This document shows, in pieces, positions 39,420-51,130 of a stretch of 64,000 bases of DNA. The notes below the pieces were generated by a model. It was not told the origin of the DNA, made no database searches, and was given only the letters and a program-made list of their open reading frames with translations. The translations under genes were made by a program, and so were the position numbers. Position 1 is the first letter of the stretch, and every line of letters starts with the position of its first letter. This DNA is from Psammoneis japonica (lineage: Eukaryota), in NCBI GenBank assembly GCA_008632985.1, contig QPGO01000016.1, positions 654,840 through 718,839 of the forward strand, read 5' to 3'.

Positions 39420-39734
39420 CCCTCCTGGACTTCTCGCTGTGACGCATCACGGCTCATCACGTCACAACTTATTTTTTCCTTTCCGTAGAAAAACAACATT
39501 TGCAATCAGTTGTTCATGCTCAAAGTTGTCAATCATTGCAATGCACTCGATTCATTCTCACCTGTTGATGTTTTCATTGATGGGAAGAACACAATGCACC
39601 CATGTTTTCACGCCAATTCGTGTCGTGTTTTCCTTCCTTGCTGCCTGAACTGTTTCACTTTTCACGAACTGAACCGGTGCTGCCATTCGAACACACATGT
39701 GTTTGGGCAGCCCACAAACCTGCTGCAACAATGA

Positions 39735-42700
39735 ATGGAAGGAAATGGTGGTTGGCAGGGTGGGGGTGGTGTGGTGGCATGTCCCCGTTGCAAACGATCC
39801 TTCAAACGGATGCTCACCCATTTCCATCATGACCCACCATGTTTTTCATTTGCTCAAGAGATGTCCAACTTGTCACGTCGTGATGCAGTCACAAACTGCC
39901 CAGTGCCAGAGTTGTCAGCAAGGGTTGCAGCTAAATCTTCCAACATCAGCAACAAATTCTCTCGCAGACGTGGGTCGGTTGATCTCGACATTTCCTCCTC
40001 ATCAGATGATGCGTCACAGCCACGGCTGAGGCGGTCCAGATGAGGTGCGTCCGCAGCGAACATCAGGCTTGGGTCCACTGACAACGAAAATGACAGAAGC
40101 GATGAACCATGGTCACCACCGTTTGATGATGACATTTCCACTCTTGGGTCGCAATCCCATCACAAGGAAATTCATGACATGTCCCTGGACTTGTCTTCCG
40201 AAGCCAGCTTGTCACCAGACAACTCGTTTGACGCACTGCCAGATGTCACAATGGAGGGCTCCGAAGTTGCAAATCCTGACGAATCAAACAGCTTAGACGA
40301 AGAGATGATTCGCGGAGTGAAGATGGCCGATTGGGTGAGGTGCACCGCAGCCCAGCCGAAGATGCCTTTGCACACATGCCATCTCTTGGCAACCTCAACG
40401 GTGAGTGTGCAGAGCTGTGCAAGCTCTTAGACGACTGCAGAGCACCGCTTCACCTGTGCGACAAGATCGCCGAGTTCATCGAAAGACACTGTGGCAGCAC
40501 CTTCCATCTTGGAACGCAAATCCCTCGCCGGACCAAACCAATGGAGAACCTGCACAAATCTTTTGCAGGTCCGGAATGCGAGATGATTCCAGTCAACCTA
40601 GAAAGCGTCAATGGGGAACGCGGTGAGACAACAGCAAGAGTTCCGCGATGGAATTTCAAAGATGTGTGGGAATCGTTCATGCTGGATGCTTGCACATGGG
40701 CCAACCCCAGCAATCTCGCCGACACTGCCAATCCATGCGGAATGCATGTCTCAAAGGGAAAGCACGACAAGTGTGTTTTGGCAGGAGAGTGGTGCAGAAG
40801 CACGCACGCAGCCAGGGTCTTGGATCCTCTTAAAGAGTTCCTCGAATGTTTGATGATTTACGTTGACAAGACTGGGAAGACAGCCTCCATGTCGTCTTCC
40901 TGCGGAGAACCCATCACAGTTACGTCGGCTCATGTTGCCTGCAACCAATGGCATGACAGAGCAAAGTGGCATGTCCTTGGTTGCATTCCTGACCTAGAAA
41001 AAATGTCCTCCTCCGCCGCCAAACAGCAATCCAACGCTCGAAAGTCGGAGAAGGGCCAAAGCATCCGGGATCATCACAAGGTGTTGGCAACAATGCTCCA
41101 GCCTCTGCCAGACACAATGGAAAACGGTGGCTTTTGCTGCCACGTTCGACGCGGTGATGAGACATGTTTCCTTCATGTCATTCCAACAATGATCCTGATC
41201 AACGGAGATGCGAAGAGTGGTGACTGCCTTGTGGGCAGGTGTGGTGCCAAGAACTGTCACCAACGTTGTTCCAGGTTTTGCATGACCGGATGCAATGAGC
41301 TTGACGACCCTTGGAAGGAGTGCGAGCTGGTCAGGGCTGGTGACATTTTGTCAGTCCAGAGCCACGCAAATGATCTCAGTCTTGACGAGCAAGAAAGGAG
41401 CCACTGGCCACAGCAGCTTCATTGCATGAAGCAGCACAATGTGCCCACCAACAGCTTGCTCAATGCAGATTTCGGAGAACAGCCATTTGGAGCAACCCTT
41501 TCCACGGCAAGCGACATGATGCACCTTTTTGAAAATGGAACTTTAAAAAGGGAGGTTGGTGTTTTTGTCGACAGCATGACAAACTCAGTGAGAAGCGAGG
41601 TCGACAGACCAGTGGAAAAAATGTTTGGCAATCACTGATCCACGTGCAATTCTTTCTTACGAACCAATTTCAAGGGCGGGGCAACATCACTCACCTGCCT
41701 CAACTCACATCATTGGGCGGGGATGGCCTTTGTTTTTCATTTGTTGCTGCTGACAAAGGAAGGCAGAGATGTCTGCGAATCTTGTTTTCTCCAGGAAGAC
41801 CAAGACAATCCTCCATTGCCGTCAGGGCATGGGATGCCCAGGTTCCGAATCAATCGCTGTCACATGCCGGAAGAGTGCGACAATGGCAACGATCATCACT
41901 CCAATGACAGAACAGATGATCCGCACAAAACGGATGAAGACGATTGTGTGGAACAACAACCGGACGAGTCCGAGGATGAAGGCAACAGCCACAATCAACG
42001 GAAAAGGAAAAAAAAGAGAAAGCCCCTCAGTTGCAGTGTCAGGCAATGCATCCAGTTGCTGGAAGACCTGCTTGCCTTCCATGCTTGGCATCGACTCGGC
42101 GACCCACCGACCGACACAACTGACCTGACCAAAACCACAAAGAAAATTCGGTTGCTGGTGTCTCGCATCACACATTGCTCCCCCAGACACGAAGGGGCTG
42201 GGTGGAAGCTGCAAAAACTTCACGAGCTTCTTCACCTTCCAATCTTTCTGTGTCATTTCCGTCATGCCATGAACTTTGACGCTGGTCTTGGAGAATCTTT
42301 GCTTGAGGATTTTTTTCAAATTGCCCTCTGCCACGGCACAACAACGCAGCTTTGACATCTTCCTGGGTCAGGTTGCGTCGCGCATGCAAGACCAAATGAC
42401 GGTGCACCGTGCGTTGTCGGTCAACCCATGGATCACATGAGAGTTGGACGAAAGGACGTTGCACGTGGTGACGACAGTCACACACTGGGTGGTGGTGCCT
42501 TTGCCATCACCTGCAGTGCGACAAACAATGCAGTGAGCTTTCTCTGGCACGGAAAGCAAAAACAATGTCAGGTTCACCCGGCCCTGCTCCATTTCTTTCA
42601 AAAGAAGTGGAGGGAATGCGTTGGAGCAGGAGGTGACCTCACTGTCAACCTTGTTTGCAAAACCGAATTCCGCCACAAGAACGGGAAAGACACTTGCCGC

Positions 42701-43135
42701 GCACACCCAGACTGCAACAGCGAAGGACCGGTTCATGACTGGGCGAATGTTAACTTTGGCACAACTGGGGGGGAATTGTGCTTCCCGTCAAGACTTCACT
42801 GTTTCTTCCAAAGGGAGAGCGACGGTGACTTGCATGCGGTCGTTCACCCTTGCACGTGCCAGCCTGACAAGCGCACCATGGTTGAACGAATGCAACACAC
42901 CGACCTGGTCAGTTGCTGGCAATTGGACCAAGTGAAGAACAACAACTTGTCCTCTGCTGAACAAACAGTGTGCTCACCCAAGCTTTTCTTGGTGCCCATC
43001 GACGCTGTTGGTGACAAATTGTTGGTGCATGAGGAGCAACCCGGCATTGCTGAGACACACGACAGGAAAAAGCATGTTTGGGTGGTTCAAGACCACAGAA
43101 ACACATGGGGAGAGCTGTTTCACAAAAGCAGGTGA
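39735..43135 (+). pseudogene. Plavaka-like transposase, disrupted
   Basis: N-terminal C2H2-like CPRCKRSF..LTH; IYVDKT, VLGCIP, INGDAKSGD, DMMHLFENG and WKLQKLHELLH..NFDAG.GE motifs across ORFs 40331-41638, 41723-42355 and 42428-43135. Confidence 0.75.
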
Positions 43136-43249
43136 AAAGCATGTGAGCACCCGACAACAGCAGCAGAAAACTTAATTGGGACAACAAGGACAACAGAGAC
43201 AACATTCACTCACCTGCTTTGACAATCTGCTCACAAATCCGACTGGGAA

Positions 43250-46200
43250 CTAGCACAGCAAATGGCTCCTAGGCCATTTCCTTAACTCATCCCTGAAATC
43301 AGGAATTCTCCTCTCGAAGGACAGGAACGGGAACGGTTCCTTCGGGTTGTAATTTCCACACTCTCGTGGGAACTCTGGGACTGAGTTGGCTTCTTCATGT
43401 GGCAGCGTTTCCCAAATTTCCTGTTCCGTGACTCCCAAATGCAATGCTTCCTGGTCAGATGGTTTTCCCAGCCAATCCACACGGCACTCCTCCATGATCT
43501 CCTGGGAAGCCTGGTGGAGCGTCACTGTTTCACATGCCATGTCCTGTGTCATGGCCTGCACCAGTGCGCATTCCAAAATGTCATCCAAATTGCGCACGGT
43601 TTGGGTCAGTGACCAAATGGTGCACGGGATTATGATGCGGCACCTCTGGAGCTTTGGATGAAACAACGTTTCCATCATATCCCTCAGGTTTTCGCCAAAG
43701 AAGCGATTTCCGAGTGTCAACTGCAGCCACTCCCCTTTTTGCATCCAGCAGCAGTCCATGCAGATCTGAGTGAAGCCACTTTTCTTAAAATCAATCACTG
43801 CTCCAAACCGCATCTTGACCCTTTGGGCAAAATTCTTGGCGGACATGTTGCAATTCAAGTGACAAGCGGGGCTGCCATCCTGCAGGGACACAGTGCATGC
43901 ACGAACATTTGAGTTCGTGTGGAGATCCTGAACGACTTGACACCTTGCCTCATCTCTTCTTTGCTGAGTGGATCGGATGGCCTCCATGCCACGGTCCGAA
44001 CATGTCTCATCTAATGTCAGGTTTCCGGCCATGACGGGCCTCGTCATGCAAAGCCACAGGACATTTGCACCTCCGTCTTGTCTGGGGATGACATGACAAT
44101 GTGAAACAAAAGCACAGGAGGAGTCATGTTGCGGGTTAAGATTTGTGAAAAACATGACACCAAACATTTGCAGGAGTTCTTCGGCTGTTGATGGACTTGC
44201 TCAAAAATGGCACTCACATGTTTGTCCATGTCAAAATCTTGCACTTGTAAAAGGACCGGTGGCTCGGGTCGATCGTACGTGGTCACGTTGCTTGCATCAT
44301 CTTCATCGGATTCTTGATCCTGCAACTGAAGGACAACAGAATCTACCGTGACAATTGGAACGCGGCAGTCAGAATCAGGACACGAGCAGTCCTCCGACAA
44401 CACAGACTCCTCCAAAGACAATGAGCTGAGTTCATTGTCTGCGGCGAGTCGAGACTCCTCCGAATCCAATGAACTTAGTTCTTTCTCCGCGTCAAATCGA
44501 CAATCCTCCAAAGACAATGAGCTAAGTTCATTGTTTGCGGCGAGTCTAGACTCCTCCGATGACAATGAGCTAAGTTCATTGTCCGCGGGCAGTCCATCAA
44601 CAGCAGAGAAAACACTGGCACCGTCTGATTGCATGGCTGATTCACACACAAATGTGCGCGATTCAGTGTTGTCTTGTGGTTGGCAAAGGTTGGGGTCGTC
44701 ATCAACACACTCCAAAATTTCATGCTCGGTTGGCCCACATGGCTTACGGAGACACTGCCCAGAGGGAGAGAAGGCAAACAGGTCTTGTCCTGAACAGGGT
44801 CCTTGGAAAACACAATCAAAAATGTGGGTGCAGCGATTGTCTGAATTCTCACAAAGTTTGTGCTCGGTTCCGTTCCAACCGTGCTCTTCGGCTCCTGTTT
44901 CGGATGACATCCTTTGGTGCATGAGCGGCCTTTCTTCCGGTTGAATGTGCCCCAGTTGTGCGGCAGCTCCCGAGTTGAAGACAGGACAGACAATGTCGTT
45001 GAGTCTTGGATGGTCTTTCACTGCGACACCTGCCAGCACCAGACATTGCAGCACCAACATGAGACGAATCTCACTGAAATCTGCTCCCCGGTCTGCCCAA
45101 GCATCACACGCTGCCTTGCACCGTGTTTCCATTAAGTTGGGACAGAACTCGTTGGTGTCGACATTGTTGTTTGTCCAGAGAAGTGCAGCGTGGATTTCTT
45201 CCACCATTGCGTCAATTGGTCATTCGCGGTTCCGACGTGACAAGGGTCTAGAAATGCATCGCAAAATTTCTCGTACGTCAAATTGGCAGGGCTGATCCCA
45301 CCCACCTGTGGGTCACCGCATGGCACCCCAAATGTGTTCTGCAAGCAATCGGCAAAGTTGACAAACGGGTCAGCACCTTCGCAACAAAGGTCAGGAAGAT
45401 GCTTGTCCCCCACGCAGTAAAATCCATGACATCTGGTGGGACAACCAGCATGGATCGCCAAACGAATGACTCGTTTTGGGTCGGGACCCGATCGGTGCAC
45501 AATGTTCTTGAAACGGCAGATCAATGTGACTGGGGCAGACAAGTGGAAGTCCCTGACTGGGAAAGTCGGGAACTTGAGTCGATCCATGTGCACCTCAACA
45601 CATGAAGAGTCGCCACCTCCACCAACAAGAACATTGTCCCACGGCCTGTTGTCATCAAGGGAAAGATGCTTGAATGCAATGCTGGAAAGTGACACATCGG
45701 GGTGGGTGGGACCATCGTGCTGCAAGTCCAAGTCTTTAAGTGCAAAATCAAGCTGAGCTCGATTGTGGTGCGTGCGAGTGAGCACAGGCTTCATGTCGCA
45801 CTGGTCGTCGCAGTGTTCACCAATGGTCCTTCTGCTGTTGGCAACAACCTTGAAGGACCAGATGTCGCCAAAGGCATCCACAACAAAGAAGCAACTGGCA
45901 GCTGTCTTCCTGTGTCGACGCCAGGTGCAGTTTTTATTGTCACAGTGACCATCACAGACTTGACCCCGGGAAATGCACAATCCCTGCACAGTGACGTCCT
46001 CACGTTTGAAGAAGAGACAGCCCATTTGTTGCCCAACTTTTGCGAGCACTCCTCGCACCGAAGTGACCAGTTAAATGGTGGTGGATTGCTCAGTTTTTTC
46101 AGCTCTACCTCATTTTCGCAAAGCTGAATCGAGTCAAGGATGTCGGCTGCCATGGACTTGATTTTGAGGTCTCGTTGGTGTCAAAGTCATCATTGGACTC

Positions 46201-48216
46201 AAAGACATCAAGTCCGTGGGTGGCCTTTGGTTCAGCCAGTTTGGCAGAACCAGGCATCTTGGGGTGATGCGCTCTCCCAGCACAACCAAACTTTGTCCTG
46301 CGTGCTTCGCCGTTTTGAACTGCAACCGGTCCGTCACGTGTCAAATTGGACTCTCCCTTCAACAAAATGGGTGGAAGAAGGGTGGGAATGCATGCACGAA
46401 GGCACCCGAAGTGCCCCTTGTACAGAGAGTTAGCCTGATGGGCGATGGAGAGTTCCTCGGAGAAGTGATCGAGGTCAGGAGGGCACTCGGTTCGAACATG
46501 AGATGCGGTGGCGGAATCACACAATGGCGCATTGTTTGAGAACGTGTGCCAGTTTTCCCGCAAGTTGTCTGCCAGGCAAAAGTCGGCGGCAGAATGATGA
46601 AGCACCCGATCAGTGTCGGTGGCTTTGTCAATGATGTGCAGGTGTGACAAATGAGAAGAAACTTCCTCGGTGGTGACGGGTTGACACTTGGACGGGTCAA
46701 AGCGATCGCGGAGTGTGGACAGGTCCAGCCACGACATGTCGTTGGGGTCACCAGGAGGAGACGCAACCCCGGGAGGATCAGCTGAAACAGAAAGAGGAGA
46801 GGAACGAGGTTTGGACGAAGGACCTTTGGAGGTAGAAGCAGGTTTTAGGTTTTCCACAATTTCTGAGAGTGACGGAAGGTCGGCGGTGAGAGTCCGGTGC
46901 ACCTCCCCAGATGACGGAACATTGCCAGAAAGCGATGGAGGGGCTTGTTCATTGCGAGATGCAGGCTTGGCCTTCTTGTTGGGAATGGTCAAGGAAGGCT
47001 CTGGTGGGTCGTGAACAATCATGGGGTGTGAGAAGAGACATTGAGACGACAGATGCAGGCGGAAAGGCAGAAGGCGGGAGGTGGGGGGGTTCTCACCATC
47101 GCACAAACAGGTGCCATCCTTGCGGGTCCTCCCAATTTTGCATTTGGTTTTGGAGTTGTAGATTCGTTTGTCATTGTCTTCCAAGCAGCCAGCCCTCTGA
47201 TCATGCACTCTGCAATGGAGCATTGTGAGCTGCTTGCTGTGCCCAGGTCGGATGCCAATTTGCTCCTTGGGACAATGCTTCCCGAATTCGTGATTCAACA
47301 TGGAATTGATTTTTTCTTCATGAGCCTCACGGTGTGCAAGGGAATCGCCTTGCATCATCACCGTGTTCTTCATGTCACCGGTTGAGTCGTCAAGGAACCC
47401 CTTGATCTCATCCGCCTGGGCACCAGGATCGTTGGCATTGCATGTGACCAGAAAGCTGTTGACAAAGAGGCACCATTCCTTTTGGGTTTTGACGTGATGG
47501 AAAATCTTCAAGAACCAATGGTCCATGTCCTTGGGCTTGCACTGAACGTAACGCATGACGACGTCAGTGACAAAACAGGCACTGTGGAGGTCTTGGGCTT
47601 GATCGTTGATCAAACTTTGGAGACTTTTGCACCGTAAAAATCGGAAACAAGGCTTGCCGGATAAAGGATCATTCAGGTCATCTCCGGCAATGATCGTGTG
47701 AACAAATTCTGCCATCGCCTGGATGTTGCGGTGAAGAAGCATGCAGTTGTGCTGTTCTTTTTCTGTCTCTCTGGACATTTTGGAGAAATGCAGAGCCTCC
47801 TCGAGATTTTCATGTCGTGGGACATGTTCGCCTTTCACACGGCGGGATTTCTCAATGGACCAACCACAAGTCATGATGCAGGACCAAATGTTGGGACAGC
47901 CAAGGGTTTTCCTTACAATGTCATTGGTGCGGACAACTTCAGCAACACAAGGAACACGGCACAACTTCGGCTTGTGACAAAGGAAGGGAAGAGCAAGGAA
48001 TTCTGGAGAGGGGGTCCAATTCGTCGACTCCAAAAACTTCTTTTTCGAGGCACGCATTGCAGTTGTGCTTTTGAGCTTGGGTTGGAACAATTCGAATCCG
48101 AAGCCATTGGTGAAATGTTCTGTTTCATCAAAATTTAAGTCCTCGGCAATTTGGAAAGAAGGGTCAGGGTCGACCTCGTCGTCAGACGGGGTAAAGTCGT
48201 TAGACGCCATGGCCAA
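43250..48216 (-). pseudogene. Run of co-oriented cargo ORFs (46105-48216, 45132-46058, 44044-45207, 43250-44167), possibly one or two frameshifted genes
   Basis: Four long overlapping or abutting minus-strand ORFs (703, 308, 387 and 305 aa), all Tyr-poor. Confidence 0.55.
44405..44588. repeat. 48-bp coding tandem repeat, ~4 copies (ADNELSSLSxEESRLA)
   Basis: Unit GACTCCTCCAAAGACAATGAGCTRAGTTCATTGTYYGCGGCGAGTCKA repeated with substitutions. Confidence 0.9.
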
Positions 48217-48823
48217 CAGTCAGTTGCCGATTCACATAGAATGCACAGGATTCACAACAGTGCACCCTCTCGTCAAAAGCATTTTGGGGAGAGGGTGTGC
48301 TGTTGTGAAATGGGCAGAGAACTGCGCATGTAGAAAAGGTGCCAAAATGCAGGTGGGGGCCCATTGACTGGACAACTGGAGCGTGCAGGTGGAAACAATG
48401 AGACAGTGTTCCTCCAGGTGATTGCATGGCCGACTGGGGCGAGGGAGAAATGCCATTGTCTGTGGTGACGCAAGGCTGCGGTGAAGCCATTGAAAAGCAC
48501 TGTCAAAGTCAACGATTCCACAAATGTGTGAAAAATTGATCAAAACAAAAAGTGTTGTTCAACAATGAAGGGCTTGTTGAAATTCTTTGGCAACTTAAAA
48601 GCAAAATAAAACGGCAACAATTGCCAACATAAAACGGCAATGACAAACGCAAATTGACTGTCAAAAAACAAATGAACTGTCACCAATTTTTGCACACAAT
48701 TGTCAAAACAAATGTTCCAAATTTTCTAAAGGAAAGTGAACAACACTGTGTTGCGGCCTCTGATGGAAGTCTTGGCGTCAGCAACTTGAGGAGAAAGCTT
48801 CATTTTTGACTTGTTGCCTTCTG

Positions 48824-49218
48824 TGGTGTGCACACACAATGCACTGTGCTTGAAGAACAAGCACAAACAAAAGCAGAGTGAAGTGCAAAAAGTGAAAATT
48901 GTGAGATTTATTTCCACTCAATCATTTTGGGTTTCTCCAAAAGGTCTCTCAATGGCCCAAAGTTTTTGCACTGCTCCTGCAGACAAAAGGCCTTTTGGAG
49001 ATTGAGATCGTGACAACAAATTGTCCAGGTGCAATTGACATTGACACATGAGATGTCAACATTGCAACGCGATCGCATTTGCAATTTTCGACATCCAATC
49101 AATTTTGTGTGATTGATCTGTCCTTCATGCAAACCCACGATTGATGCACGATTGAAACACAAACTCACTTGGCACATGGACATGCATTTGCACAACGCAC
49201 ATGGCAACGCATGTTGCA
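48824..49218 (-). repeat. Second LTR copy (~395 bp), probable 5' LTR of the Gypsy element
   Basis: Colinear direct repeat of 31845-32240 (e.g. AGTGAAAATTRTGAGATTTATTTCYACTCAATCATTTTGGGTTTCTCC). No matching TSD found. Confidence 0.8.
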
Positions 49219-50567
49219 CATTGGAGGCACATTGTGAGTGAGTTGAGGCTCAATTGTTGCCGCTGACAGATTTGGTCTTCTTGTGCCATGCTGCAGCCTG
49301 AAACAAGCATTTTCATTGTTGTGACAGATGCCACAGACCATGCCAAACACTGTGGTCCTTGTCATGAAATTCAATTTTCCATGGGGTTGAAAAAAGTGGG
49401 CTGACGTGGTTGCTGAAAGCCTTGGCTGTTTTGGCTGTTGGCTGGTTTGAATTTGCGTTGTTGTCAACTTCACTCAAAAGCCACCAATGAGATCAAATTA
49501 ATTAAAGAATGTCACCGATGTTGAACAAAGCACAAAACATTCATTTTTCAGGGTTGTCAAATTGCAGAATTTTCCATCACAATCAGTTTATGGTGGAATG
49601 TTGCATGATGAAGAAATTGCAAGTGAGTTGTCACAAAAAGATGTCATTGCAGTGATTTCACAATCATGTTGCAATCACATTACAGTGCTGCCTCCCCGGC
49701 AGGGGTGCCCACCCTCCACGCAAGAGAAAGGCTTGCCACAGGCAAAGAAAAACAGAGAGCCTGCAGCGCACAATCTGGGCAAATTTCTGGCATCAATTTG
49801 GACCTTGATGGCAACCTCAAAGACAGTGTTTAAGATGATGCTGGAAACATGTGCAGAAAACCAGCAGTGTCTTCACTCATGCTGCAGTTGTTTCTTTTCC
49901 ACCACATTGTCCCAAGATGCAATTGTGGCAAGGAGAGGCAAAATGAGAGGCGGCAATTGCTTCTTTCTGTTTCTCTCATTTCTTTTTTCTTGACAGGTGC
50001 AATGCAGAAATGAGACACTGGCAGCTGGGGACTGCGTGGCATCCAAAAAGAGCAGCGGTGGTGCAGTGCTGCAGGTGCGCCTCCAAAAAATGTGTCACGC
50101 GCGCATGTGATGTAAGATTCCACATGCCGAATCTCACATTTGGCTCTCTGAAAGAGCTTGCACATGATTGCAAACAACTGCAATTGTGATCACAACAAAG
50201 GCGCGTGCAATCAGATTGACCGTGCATGACAAACACAAATTGCAACAACCATTTCTCAGATGTGGTGATTGTTTGCACAATCAATTTTACAATCGTTCTC
50301 TCTGCAATTTAAAAACCCTGATTTTTTTCATCATGAAAAGAAGCATGTGCATGCTGCCCAAGTCTGGGACAAGTCTCAAAGTGGTGGGTTCCTGACCACA
50401 AGCGCGCAAAAAGAACAAGAAGCACTGCAGCAAAACTGCGCCTGATGTGTGTGTGTGCAACATTGCACCTTGATGAGGGCAAGCAATGAACTGAGTGTGC
50501 ATTGTTCAATTGCATGCAAAGGCAGCAGCCAGACACTCTTTGCACCCGGTTGGCACCATGTCATCAC

Positions 50568-51130
50568 TGCAGACGTGTTCCAGTCCCAGGTGACGCACAA
50601 AACGACAATCGGATTTTGAATATAATTTATGTATATTTTAGTGTATATAGCATTTTAATAAAAATACTTAGACGGATTGACTTTTATAGGCTTCTAGAGT
50701 ATGAACACTTAAATAGTTTTTTGAGTGGTATTCAAATCCTCATGGGATATGTATCATAAACTTCCTCAGTAGACTCAATACTGATTGTACGTCAGTAGAT
50801 TTATACCGAGATATCTTTGTAAGTAGAAAATTTACCAAGTATCATCGTAGAAAAATATATTTAGGTAACATCCAAATAACGGCAACATTTTCGCCGAAAA
50901 TCATCCGTTGTGTTACGAATCTTTTAACGCAATGAAAAACATAGATAGCACAATAACAATGATATTGCAACACTCACACGAGTCTTGTTAGTGTTGCAAA
51001 ACATTTACATTTGTATAAATCTATACTTTTGGTGGTGAAAGTTCGATCGTAAGTTAGGGACCGCGCAAAAATCGCGCAAATGTCGTTTTTGTGCACGATT
51101 TGGTTCACGTGCGGCTGGAACACGTCTGCA
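50568..51130. repeat. Inverted repeats (50568-50607 and 51081-51130) enclosing an AT-rich ~470-bp island
   Basis: TGCAGACGTGTTCCAG (50568-50583) is the exact reverse complement of 51115-51130; GCACAAAACGACA also pairs with TGTCGTTTTTGTGC. Confidence 0.8.

Larger units (their letters stand above)
36241..48750. mobile_element. ~12.5-kb Plavaka-type (CACTA/CMC-related) DNA transposon nested between the Gypsy upstream LTR copy and gag
   Basis: Short inverted ends CACAGTGTT (36241-36249) and AACACTGTG (48742-48750); subterminal tandem repeats at 36263-36298 and 36404-36439; internal transposase plus accessory ORFs. Confidence 0.7.

Noticed and set aside
44405..44588. Regularly spaced repeats suggesting a CRISPR array
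   Set aside because: Head-to-tail in-frame coding units without unique spacers, in a eukaryotic context with no cas genes.
36171..48749. AACACTGT at 36171 and 48742 as an 8-bp TSD
   Set aside because: The enclosed ends are not inverted repeats; the CACAGTGTT/AACACTGTG pair explains the boundary better, though this is unproven.
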